From the NCBI GenBank assembly GCA_964016885.1, contig OZ024743.1:308450001-308514000 (forward strand): 64,000 nt of DNA, in the 5' to 3' direction. The notes beneath the pieces were generated by a model that saw nothing but the letters and a program-made list of their open reading frames with translations, ran no database searches and had not been told where the DNA came from. Below are positions 28,496 through 39,697 of this stretch, in pieces (position 1 is the first letter of the stretch; every line of letters begins with the position of its first letter). The translations under genes were made by a program, and so were the position numbers. This DNA comes from Eledone cirrhosa. Lineage: Eukaryota.

Positions 28496-28498
<3 letters not shown>
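28309..28498 (+). mobile_element. Short (TA)n-embedded element with 3' fold-back, copy A
   Basis: Homologous to 29324-29512 and, inverted, to 29152-29279; the ~110-nt terminal hairpin contains GTCGAAACGGCCGTA. Confidence 0.7.
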
Positions 28499-28571
<73 letters not shown>

Positions 28572-28632
28572 GAAACAAGATGGCGTAGGACAGAACAAAG
28601 GAGAGGCACAAAAACAAAGAAAAGAATCCCCA

Positions 28633-28675
28633 GTCACTGAAGAGGTCACAGAATGTGTGACGAAAGAGCTTTGAC
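28633..28675 (+). ncRNA. Minimal type I hammerhead ribozyme (Penelope-type)
   Basis: GTCA-CTGAAGA-G-GTCACA[GAATG]TGTGAC-GAAA-GAGC-TT-TGAC: stem I GTCA/TGAC, intact CUGANGA and GAAA cores, one extra G before stem II. Confidence 0.65.
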
Positions 28676-28901
28676 AATATATAAACAACCATCTGGTTGT
28701 GGAACCAACCAACCGGAAATTTATAAATTCCTAAATTTATAAATTTATTATAATAAATTGAAGTGAAAGCAACTGGTGCGTGTGTTTCTTATTGGCATCA
28801 TGACCCTCCCAAAGTATAACAATATCGGTTTCAACACACGTTTTCAGATAAAGAATCTTGCTAAACAAATTCAGAAACGAAATATATATATATATATATA
28901 T

Positions 28902-29041
28902 ATATTCATTTATATTAAAGCTAAAAAGTGAGTCTTGTTACTCTCTGTTTATCATAGGGTCATCATTGTCTCATGACCCTGAGATAAACAGGCGAAACTC
29001 CAGAGTAAGACTCACCTTTTAGCTTTAATATAAATGAATAT
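28902..29041. repeat. 140-bp fold-back containing a degenerate hammerhead
   Basis: Arms ATATTCATTTATATTAAAGCTAAAAAGTGAGTCTT / AAGACTCACCTTTTAGCTTTAATATAAATGAATAT; inside, GTCT-CATGA-CCCTG..CAGG-C-GAAA-CTCCAGAG-TA-AGAC. Confidence 0.7.
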
Positions 29042-29103
29042 TAAAACTCTACTTCAGTATTGAGTATTCTTTTCTCTTAGCCATCAAACACATACAGATA
29101 TAG

Positions 29104-29151
<48 letters not shown>

Positions 29152-29155
<4 letters not shown>

Positions 29156-29275
29156 AAAAGAGTCAGGACTCCGACGGCTGAGCTCCGGCCGTGTCGACAG
29201 CTAGATCCCACTCTACTACCCTAAGTATCGAGTACTCTGGTGCGTTTTGGTACACCTGGTTCCTTACCACACTTT

Positions 29276-29279
<4 letters not shown>
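29152..29279 (-). mobile_element. Short (TA)n-embedded element, copy B (inverted, single arm)
   Basis: Its reverse complement matches copies A and C (GTGTGGTAAGGAACCAGGTG...GGGTAGTAGAGTGG); flanked by (TA)n on both sides. Confidence 0.7.
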
Positions 29280-29318
<39 letters not shown>

Positions 29319-29323
29319 CGTAT

Positions 29324-29508
29324 AACGAAGGAAATGTGGTAAGGAACCAGGTGGACCATAACGCACCAAAGTACTCAATACTTGGGGTAGTAGAGTGGGT
29401 AATAGGAACCAGTAAGACCCCGACATCTGAGCTCAAGCCGTTTCGACGGCTAATTCCAGAATTAGCCGTCGAAACGGCTTGAGCTCAGCTGTCGGGGTCT
29501 TACTGGTT

Positions 29509-29512
<4 letters not shown>
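29324..29512 (+). mobile_element. Short (TA)n-embedded element with near-perfect 3' fold-back, copy C
   Basis: Hairpin ATAGGAACCAGTAAGACCCCGACA...AATTCCAGAATT...TGTCGGGGTCTTACTGGTTCCTAT. Confidence 0.7.
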
Positions 29513-29545
<33 letters not shown>

Positions 29546-29578
29546 TACATGAATCAAAGTTCTGTTTAAATCATTTAT

Positions 29579-29627
29579 TTGCTTACAATTGTTTCTTCCA
29601 AACCGAGGTTTGGAGTCTTCGGAGCAA
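29579..29627 (-). ncRNA. Type I hammerhead ribozyme, CCGAAGA core variant
   Basis: Minus strand TTGCT-CCGAAGA-C-TCCAAACC[TC]GGTTTGGA-A-GAAA-CAATTG-TA-AGCAA: stem I TTGCT/AGCAA, palindromic stem III ACAATTGT, GUA cleavage triplet; lies downstream of and co-oriented with the Penelope ORF. Confidence 0.7.
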
Positions 29628-31130
29628 TTATTCAGTGATTTTTTACATACTTGACCTCCTTTTCAACACAAGAGACATATAGAAACATATGTATATATTG
29701 ACCCACAGTGGGTTGACATCCATTATAATAATACAGCATGGCAATTTACATACAAAGATTACAGTCATATTAAAGGACAAAATTAAAGTTAAAATTAAAA
29801 TTAAAATTAAAATAAAACATTGGCAGTTTACGAAAATAAAGCAAGAGGAAAGTTTAGAGTAGCCAGTGTATGCAACAGTCACACGTGAGGCATGCACGCG
29901 TGTCCTATTTATACAAGATTATAGTGCGGCAGATTGTTACATGTAAAACAAGCAGTCAAAGCAGGCAATCAAGAGCATCATGGGGGCTGTACTGGTAAAG
30001 CATTTTTCACACACACCTGTACGATATAGAAGCCCGTGTGTAGAGAAACACCAAAAATATCAAAAATATTACAAATGAGAAGCAAAACAGCACCACTGTC
30101 CTCGCACACACCACCACTCTCACAATCCAGGAAACTCAATTTATAGACTACATATCCGTCACACAATCCACGATAATTCAACATTGGGTGTCTGGTGAAC
30201 CATGTTAGAACACCACAGCTTGTCGTTCTCTAATTCGATTCTATAGAGCAGGTTGTTTTTGTTGTGAGAGTTGACATCGTATTATATTCCGGAAGTGTGT
30301 GTGTGTGATGAAGGGGAGTTAATGCGTAAGGGGAGGTAACTAGCTGATTTCTATAGCTAAATTTATTATCCTAAAGTACATTAATGGTGTCTCAAATGAG
30401 TCCCTATCATATAAGGTTATAAACAATTTCTAAATTTAAGTATCTTATCTATAAATTACAGTGTAGTCTATCAAGAAGTACTAAAGGTGTTCATATTAGG
30501 ATGATTACCTTCTATCATAGAGTGCCACAACCGAATATTCTACATGAAGAGTCAGATCTCCAAATCAATGATCTTTGTAAGTGTAGTCCACACGCAGAAC
30601 CTGGCAGGGTCTTATTAGAATCACTTCTATATATGACTCCTGGTAAGCTCTGGGTCATTGCATGTCTGATTGCATGGCAAAGTTAAATATCACTAGGGTA
30701 GTCCAGAGATCAATTCTCACTTTCAAAGACACTAATCTGACCATCAAGTCATACATGTACTTATAACTCATACATCACCTGTACATAATTCATTGCACTC
30801 AGCATATAGATTATATAGCTCTTTTATGTTAATAAATTAATTACTTAATCTTCCATTTATCCAATGATGGCACTCCATACACAGGACAATGTTAGCACAA
30901 CCAATTCCGTTCTTAAAGTTTACATTAATTATATATTGGTGTAATGTAGTCTAAGTAATTGAAGGCCAATATACCAAAAGTAGAAGTACATGGGGATATC
31001 GCTAGGGTAAAAGGTACTAGGAGGATGTCACTATTTGCGTTAAAGTGGATTAATGAGTGTGGAGATGAGGTGTAAGGTGTGCCCCTGATGTTTGTTGCTA
31101 GAGGTGGTGACGGGTTCAAGTCTGACATTG

Positions 31131-33588
31131 TTATATATTGGGTTTAAAGTTTTGGAAGGAGTGTCGGAAGCGGTGTTGGCAAGACGCGAACACTTCTGGT
31201 TTTTTATTAAGGAGGTTATGGTTTGAGAAGATGATAGTATGGGTCTCTAGTAGACAGAGGTTACAAAATTTATTAGGTGGTTTGTACGATGTCGCGTTAC
31301 CTATCACTTCCCATTTAAGTATATATGGTTTATTTTTAGTTTTTAGATAGTGTATGTAGCTAGATAGTGAAGTGGAGTTGGCTAGACTGTGTTTTTTGAA
31401 AGAGTGGAGGTGAGAATTGTATCTGGTTTTGAAGCAGTTTGAAGTAGAGCCTATATAGGTTTCAGAAGAGTTGCTAGTTGTGACTGTGCATGAGTATATG
31501 ATATTCTTGATTAAGCATTTTTTTATCTAACGGGCAGGTTCTATTTGATCTACAGTTACAATTATTGTGGGTGTTAGTCTGCCGGTTATTATGTTGTGTA
31601 GAAGTCTGGATGGTAGCTATAGGGTTATGGTTATGTGGGTTGTCGTTCCCAGCGTGATTGTTTACACTTGTGCTATTACTATTATTTCTATTGATATTAG
31701 GGTTAGTTGCTATAATGTTATTTTGAAGGTTTATCGTCTGTTGTGATTTAGTTTGTTGGAAGTAAGAATTAATTTTTCTTTTATTGCTACTAGCTATGTG
31801 GTATGCTATGTTAGGCGTAGTAGAGTAGGAGATTTTAATAGTGTTTTTGTTTAAAAGGCTATGGTACTTGTGGCCGGATGGGAAGTTTTTATCTAGTAGT
31901 GAGAAGAAAGCCCTAGGTAGGTTGGTAGGGACGTTTAGATTGAAAGGAGGGTTGAAAAATGTATTATTTCTTCTTCTATTTTTGTTTTTTATGTCTGGTG
32001 AGTTGTTTCCTTTTATGGTACTATGGTAATTTCTGTGGTGTGGGTTACTTTTGTTGGCATCCTCCGTATTAGTGTGTCTGTGGTTGCTATTCCTATTACT
32101 AAATTTCTCCATGGACATGTTGTGCGAAATAATGTTGTAGCTGTGTTTTTGTAGGTAGGAATTCGATCTCTATATTATGGCCTGATCTAGCTAATGCCTG
32201 ATTATAATATTGCGAGTTTTTGCTAAATATGTTTACGTCATAGGATAGATTAGATATTCTATTAGATACTCCCTTAGAGATAGAGTTTAATATAGATCTA
32301 GGGTGGTTAGACTTGGTATCTACGTAAATGAATTTTTCATTAGGTTTGTGGAAAGGTGCATATATCTTTGAGTCTAGGTAGATGGTGGCGTCCAGGAAGT
32401 TAACGTTTTTAGTGTTTTTGTCCATGGTAATACTAAGGTTATAGTTTTTGAATGTCTTGTGCAATAGTTTTCTAGTTCTTTCTATATTGAATTTTTTATA
32501 ATCTATAAGTAGAAGTGCATCATCGCGGTACAAACCACCGTTGAGGTATGGAAGGTCCTTATGGATTTCGTTAAGTAAATATAGGCCGACTAAATCAGTG
32601 ACCTGCGCCGAGTCACTAGATCCCATGGTTATGTCGAAGTTGTTTTGCGTATCTTTGCGGGTCCATAATTGGTCTTCAAAGGTGATTACTGTTTTACAGG
32701 CTGCAAGTATGACATCAATCTGGGGTCTAGTCAGGTCACTATTGTCCATGGCCATGATAAGTGCCTTATTTAATAGGATAGGGGAAATAGAGGTGTAGTA
32801 TGAATTGATATCAAATTGAATAAATTTGTTATCCCTGTTATCCTTGATATCTTTGAACCATTCAATCACTTCACCTGTATTTCCCCATTGTTTAAGGTAT
32901 ATCTTGTGTTTAATCTGTGGGATGATTTTATCTAAAATTTTCTTACTGATAATGCCAGTGTCAGACTTGGAAGGGCAGATAAGTCTAATCGAGGGGTTTC
33001 TAATGAAGTCCTCCTTATGGTCCTTCAGAGAGAATCTAGGGGGTTTGGGGTATATGGTTGTGTATGTCTCTGGAGTCCTAGTTTGGACACTATATTATAG
33101 CCTTCCATATTAATATCTTCTAAGTTTTTCATAGTGGTTTTCTTGTAGCTTTTATGTAGTTCATTATATATAAACTTTCTATAAGTATTATAATCTAGGC
33201 TGTATATGTTATTAGTTTTGTCCGCATGTACAATAATTTTATTACTAGTTTTGAAATCATTAATAGAGGTGCTAAGTTTGTTTAAGAAGGTGTTGTTTTT
33301 ATTACGGTGCATTTTGTATTTAATATTCTTAACTAGTTTTATTAGGTCATTTTCAAAGGAGTTTAGTAGTGTGTTATGAGGGGGGCTTCTAAAGGTTTTA
33401 AAGCCGAAGGAGTCAAATTTGTTAGTATTATTAACCTTGTTAGATTTGATTTTATCATAATGGAATGTCCTCCATCTCACTCTATTGATAAAGGAATTTA
33501 CACTGTCGATCAATAATTTTTCATATGTATTTTTGGATGGTATAGGTATGTTCTTGGTTGACATAGAGAGTTGGTCTTTGATCAGCAT
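31131..33588 (-). mobile_element. Penelope-like retroelement ORF (RT + C-terminal GIY-YIG; Naiad-like), ~820 aa, three frameshifts
   Basis: N-terminal RWRTFHYD..ADKTNNIY; RT motifs FIQFDINSYYTSI, ITMGS, GGLYRDD; linker FNPPFN, CNCR..CPL..C; GIY-YIG NIIY..ETYIG..FKTRY..H, CNLCLLE, CQH; stop TAA at 31131. The GIY-YIG part (31131-31520) is not in the ORF track. Confidence 0.93.
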
Positions 33589-33799
33589 ACTGGTAATTTA
33601 TTGTATGTCAGCTCAACAGTATGGAGCAGTTAATAGTGTTAAGGATACTATTTATGGTTATGTATATACTAAAACCTTTTATAGTTATATATATTTTATA
33701 CCATAAATAGTGAAAGACAGTAATTTATTACTATCTTATTACCAATAAGATAAATAGCACAATGTAACAACATCAGTTGTTTTACAGAGCAGTTATATA

Positions 33800-36700
33800 T
33801 TCAACAGGTTTCATAGTATTCAAATTGGGTGGTAAGCACAAGAAAAAAAAATACCAGATGAAAATTTGTCACACCAAAATCAATAGCTTGGTGTGATGTA
33901 GTATGGTGTAACTTGGTATGGTGTGGTTTGGTTTGGTGAAATTATGAAATGGAAACCAATTGTAAACGATAGATTCCCATGTCATATTCATTGATAATGT
34001 GTGGGGAAAACAGTTATTTGCAAGCATCTTTGATGTTAGTTTGAGGTGGTAACCACAAAAATAAAAAGCAGGTTATAAATTTGTCACATTGATGTCCATA
34101 CCATGGTGTGATATAAATGGTAGGAGTAGGTGTTCTGTAATAAATTTACCATATAGTGAAGTATGGTTATGGTGTGGGTTGGGGTAGATTAATGTGCTGT
34201 GGTGTGCTTTGTTATAAGTGACGATTTAAATTTCCACTTTGATTTATGTTAGAAAAAAAATGTTTCCTTCATTTTTGCATGTGCTATCAACTTCCAAGAA
34301 GCTCGCAGTGGACTATGCTTTTAGCATATTAACAAAAAATATAACTTCCGCTGCAATAAAAAATGGCTAGCTTTGTAAATGGTATTTCCACCCACATCCT
34401 CCCTCTTTTTTCTACAAAGCTAGACATTTTCATCAGGTCTCCATGTCATAACCATTGATAATATGTGCATAAAATAGTAATTTGCGAGCACCATTTATGT
34501 CAAATTGGGTGGTAAGCACCCAAAAAGAAAAAAGAAATGCCAAATGAAAATTTGTCACACCAAAATCAATAGCTTGGTGTGATGTAGTATGGTGTGGTTT
34601 GGTGAAGTTTCTACAAAGATAGTCATTTTCGACAGGTTTCCATGTCATAATTATTGATGAGTGGAAAAAAATAGTCAATTGGGAGCACCTTTAATGTCAG
34701 ATTGGGTGGTAAGCACACACACAAAAAAAAGGAAACGGGAAGAAAATGTTTCACACCAAGATCAATAGCTTGGTATGATGTAGTATGGTGTAACTTGGTA
34801 TGGTGTGGTTTCGTTTCATTTGGTGAAGTTATGAAATGGAAACCAATTGTAAACGATAGATTCACATGTCATATTCATTGATAATGTGTGGGAAAATAGT
34901 CATTTGCAAGCATCTTTGATGTTAGTTTGAGGTGGTAACCACAAAAAAAAAAGCACGTAGCAAATTTGTCACGTTGATCTCCATACCATAGTGTGATGTA
35001 AATGATAGGAGTAGGTGTTCTGTAATAAATTTACCATATAGTGAAGTATATGGTGTGGATTGAGGTAGATTAATGTGCTGTAGTGTGCTTTGTTATAAGT
35101 GACGATTTAAATTTCCACTTTGATTTATGTTAGAAAAAAAATTTTTCCTTCACTTTTGCATGTGTTATCAACTTCCAAGACGCTCGCAGTGGACTATGCT
35201 TTTAGCATATTAACAAAAAATATGACTTCCGCTGCAATAAAAGATGGCTAGTTTTGTAAATGGTATTTCCACCCATATCCTCCCTCTTTTTTCTACAAAG
35301 CTAGTCATTTTCATCAGGTTTCCATGTGATAACCATTGATAATATGTGCATAAAATAGTAATTTGCGAGCACCATTTATATCAAATTGGGTGGTCAGCAC
35401 AAAAAAAAAAAAAAAAAAAAAAATGCAAAATGAAAATTTGTCACACCAAAATCAATAGCTTGGTGTGATGTAGTATAGTGTGGTTTGGTGATGTTTCTAC
35501 AAAGATAGTCATTTTCGACAGGTTTCCATGTCATAATTATTGATAAGTGGAAAAAAATAGTCAATTGTGAGCACCTTTAGTGTCAGATTGGGGGGTAAGC
35601 ACACACAAAAAAAAAGGAAACGGGAAGAAAATGTTTCACACCAAGATCAATAGCTTGGTGCGATGTAGTATGGTGTAACTAGGTATGGTGTGGTTTGGTT
35701 TCGTTTGGTGAAGTTATGAAATGGAAACCAATTGTAAACGATAGATTCCCATGTCATATTCATTGATAATGTGTGGGGAAAATAGTCATTTGCAAGCACC
35801 TTTGATGTTAGTTTGAGGTGGTAACCACAAAAAAAAAAGCAGGTAGCAAATTTGTCACATTGATCTCCATACCATGGTGTGATGTAAATGGTTGGAGTAG
35901 GTGTTCTGTAATAAATTTACCATATAGTGAAGTATATGATGTGGATTGGGGTAGATTAATGTGCTGTGGTGTGCTTTGTTATAAGTGACGATTTAAATTT
36001 CCACTTTGATTTATGTTAGAAATAAAATGTTTCGTTCACTTTTGCATGTGTTATCAACTTCCAAGATGCTCGCAGTGGACTATGCTTTTAGCATATTAAC
36101 AAAAAATATGACTTCCGCTGCAATAAAAAATGGCTAGCTTTGTAAATGGTATTTCCACCCACATCCTCCCTCTTTTTTCTACAAAGCTAGTCATTTTCAT
36201 CAGGTTTCCATGTCATAACCATTGATAATATGTGCATAAAATAGTAATTTGCGAGCACCATTTATGTCAAGTTGGGTGGTAAGCACAAAAAAAAAAAAAA
36301 TGCCAGATGAAAATTTGTCATCAAAATCAATAGTTTGGTGTGATGTAGTATGGCGTGGTTTGGTGAAGTTTCTACAAAGATAGTCATTTTCGACAGGTTT
36401 CCATGTCATAATTATTGATAAGCGGAAAAAAAATAGTCAATTGGCAGCACCTTTAATGTTACATTGGGTGATAAGCACACACACAAAAAGAAAAAAGGAA
36501 ACGGGAAGAAAATTTTTCACACCAAGATCAATAGCTTGGTGTGATGTAGTATGGTGTAACTTGGTATGGAGTGGTCTGGTTTGGTGAAGTTATGAAATGG
36601 AAACCAATTCTAAACGATAGATTCCCATGTCATATTCATTGATAATGTGGGAAAATAGTCATTTGCAAGCACCTTTGATGTTAGTTTGGGTGGTAACCAC

Positions 36701-38200
36701 AAAAAAAAAAAAGCAGGTAGCAAATTTGTCACATTGATGTCCATACCATGGTGTGATGTAAATGATAGGAGTAGGTGTTCTGTAATAAATTTACCATAAT
36801 ATGGTGCTGTTTGATATGGTGTGGTTTGGGGTAGCTTAATGTGGTGTGGTGTGCTTTGTTATAAGTAAGGAATTAAATTTCAACTTTGATTTATGTAAGA
36901 AAAAAATGTTTTCCTTCACTTTTGCATGTGCTATCAACTAATACAACCTCCAAGATGCTCCCTCTTTTTTCTACAAAGCTAGTCATTTTCGACAGTTTTC
37001 CATGTCATAATTATTGATAATATGTGCGAGAAATAGTCAATTGCAGTACCTTTGATGTCAGATTGGGTGGTAAGAACACACACAAAAAAAAAAAAGAAAC
37101 AGGAAGAAAATTGTTCACACTGAGATCAAAAGCATGGTGTGATGTAGAATGGTGTAGTTTGTTATGGTGTGGTTTGGATTGTTGTAGTTATGACATGGCA
37201 ACCTATTGCAAATGATAGGTTTCCATGTTATAAACATTGATAATGTGTAAAAAAATAGTCATTTGTGAGCACCTTTGATATCAGATTGGGTGGCAAGCAC
37301 ACACACACACACAGAAGAAAAAAAACAGGAAGAAAAATGTTCTCACTGAGATTAATAGCACGGTGTGATGTAGTATGGTGTTGTTTGATGTAGTTTAATG
37401 TGGTATGGTTTTCCAACCTCTAACATGCTCACAGCCGACTATGCTTTTACCATCATCATCATTTTACCTCCACTTTTCCCTGCTTGCAAGGGTGGGACGG
37501 GAACTGATTCTGGCTTGATTTCTACAGCTGGATGCCCTTCCTAAGACCAACCTCATTTACAGTGAGTGCTAGGTGGTCTTTGCCATGACACCTACACGAC
37601 CACTTTGCAGTGGAATGATAGGGACGCCAGTCCCTATCATCTCATTTCTACAGCTGAGTAAACTGGAGCAATGTGAAATAAAGTGTCTTGCTCAAGGAAA
37701 CAACACACCACCTGGTCTGAGAATTGAACTCACAACCTTTCGATTGCAAGGCCAATGCTCTAACCACTAAGCCATGTGCCTCCATTACCATATTAACAAC
37801 AAATATGACTTTCACTGCAATCAAAAATGACAAGCTTTGTGAATGGTATTTCCACCCACTTTCCGCCCTCTTTTTTCTACAAAGCTAGTCATTTTCAACA
37901 GGTTTCAAAGTCTTCATTGATAATATGTGCAAAAAATAGTTAATTGCGAACACTTTTAATGTCAGATTGGGTGGTAAGCACACACACACAAAAAGACAAA
38001 AAAAGCAGGAAGAAAATTTTTCACACTGAGTTCAATAGCATGGTGTGATGAAGTATGGTGTAGTTTGTTATGGTGTGGTTTGGTTTGGTGTAGTTATAAC
38101 ATGGAAACCTATCATAAATTTACCAAGGTATGGTATAATCTGGTTTGGTGTAGTGTAGGTTAGTGTGGTGTGGTGTGTTATTGTGTTGCATCGTATAGCG
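33800..38200. repeat. ~880-bp tandem macrosatellite (about 5 copies, outer ones degenerate) built from ~180-200-bp subrepeats
   Basis: Marker GTGGACTATGC at 34308, 35189 and 36075; the subunit motif TTGGGTGGTAAGCAC..(A)n..TCACACCAA..TCAATAGCTTGGTGTGATGTAGTATGG recurs several times per unit. Confidence 0.9.
37454..37787 (-). mobile_element. Composite tRNA-SINE (tRNA head + CORE-like + Meta-like domain + (GAT)n tail) inserted in the macrosatellite
   Basis: Minus strand: TGGCTTAGTGG (A box), GAGTTCAATTC (B box), TCCTTGAGCAAGACACTTTA, AGGAAGGGCATCCAGCTGTAG, ATGATGATG tail; TSD TTACCAT on both sides. Confidence 0.8.
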
Positions 38201-39028
38201 TGATTCTGTTTAAATTAAAATCATTAAAATGTAATGCCTTTCTTCTATATCTTAAAGAGTGACCTTAAATGTGATTGCAAATGACTTTTTTCTCTGGATT
38301 AATGTTAGATTTAGGGTTAGTGTTAGGGTAAGTTTTACTGTTAATGGTAAGTTTATTGTTAGTGACTGTGTTACTGTTAGCATTACTGTCACTGTTAGTG
38401 TTACTGTAACTGTTACTCTTACAGTTACTGTTTGCGTTACTGTCTGCATCAGCGTTAACATTTGCATAAGCGTCTATGTAAGCTTTTGTGTTAGTGTCTA
38501 TGTAGACTGGTGTTAGCATCTGCGTTAGTGTTTGGATTAGCCTTAGTGTTTGCGTAAGTGTCAGCATCTATGTCAGCATTTGCGTCAGCGTCTGCATTGG
38601 TGATAGTGATTGTGTCAGCATTTCCCTTAGCGTCTGAGTCAACATTAGTGTTAGCATTAGTGTTTGTTTCAGTGCCTACGTCTACATCAGCTTCTGAGTC
38701 AGCATTATCATTAGCGTCCGCGTCAGCACTTGTGTCAGTGTCAGCCTTTCCCTCGGTGTCAGCGTTTGCATCAGCGTGCACGTCAGCATTTGCATTAGTG
38801 TTTGAGTCAGTGTTAGCATCAGCGTTTGCATTTGTGTAGGGGTTAGCATTTGCGTCAGCATCTGCATCAGCATTCACAGTAGCATTAGCGTTTGCGACAG
38901 CGTTTCCGTTAGCGTCTGTGTCAGTGTTTCCGTTAGCTTCTACGTCAGTGTTTACGTTAGCGTCTGTGTCAGTGTTTCCGACCGCGTCTGTGTCAGCGTC
39001 AGTATTTACATCTACATCAGCATCAGCG

Positions 39029-39662
39029 TGTAGCGGTTGTCTCCCTTGTTTGGATTAACATCTAGACGGGAAGTAGAACCCTTTCTGTAACTTCCGGTCA
39101 GAACCCTATAAAACTAACAACTTTAAGTTCTCATTCTCTCATTTGGCTCTGCCTCTCATTTGGCTCTGCCTCTCATTTGGCCTTCCGGCGCCTGGCTGGC
39201 CTTAGCCAGGCGTCCTCTGCCAGCCGCGTTTGCCTGGCAATCAAAACGGTAACGACTAACTTTGTTTCATTCTATCATCTATTTCTTTGACATGTCAACT
39301 ATACTATCTACCATTGTTAATTAAATATTATACACACAATGTATTCCTTGTTACATTCATACAACCTAGTATCTTCGCTACATTGGTAACCCTGACGTGA
39401 TACGAACACGCAGCTGTTCATCGCTATAAGTGGTCACCCCCCAAAAAAGAAAAAAAATAGCACATCTGGTTTTGTGTAAGTAACATTACGAATACACAGC
39501 AAATTTATCGACAAACTATGAAAATACTCAAGGACACGCACACACGCACATGTGGAATTCGCACAGACAGACTTTTTCTCTCACGCATCAACTAACTGTC
39601 GCATTTCACGATATATATACATGTTTCTCGTTTCTTACAACGAACACTTTCAAAACACACAC

Positions 39663-39697
<35 letters not shown>

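Noticed and set aside
29643-31128. Short ORFs between the hammerhead and the Penelope ORF
   Set aside because: No recognisable motifs; probably element UTR or unrelated decayed repeats.
31131-33588. Selenoprotein-type Naiad (in-frame UGA)
   Set aside because: The conserved Cys positions read TGC/TGT; the only TGA (33025) lies after a frameshift.
37700-37787. tRNA genes at SINE heads (also 22300-22385, 58652-58740)
   Set aside because: A/B boxes are present but there is no complete cloverleaf, and they continue into SINE bodies.
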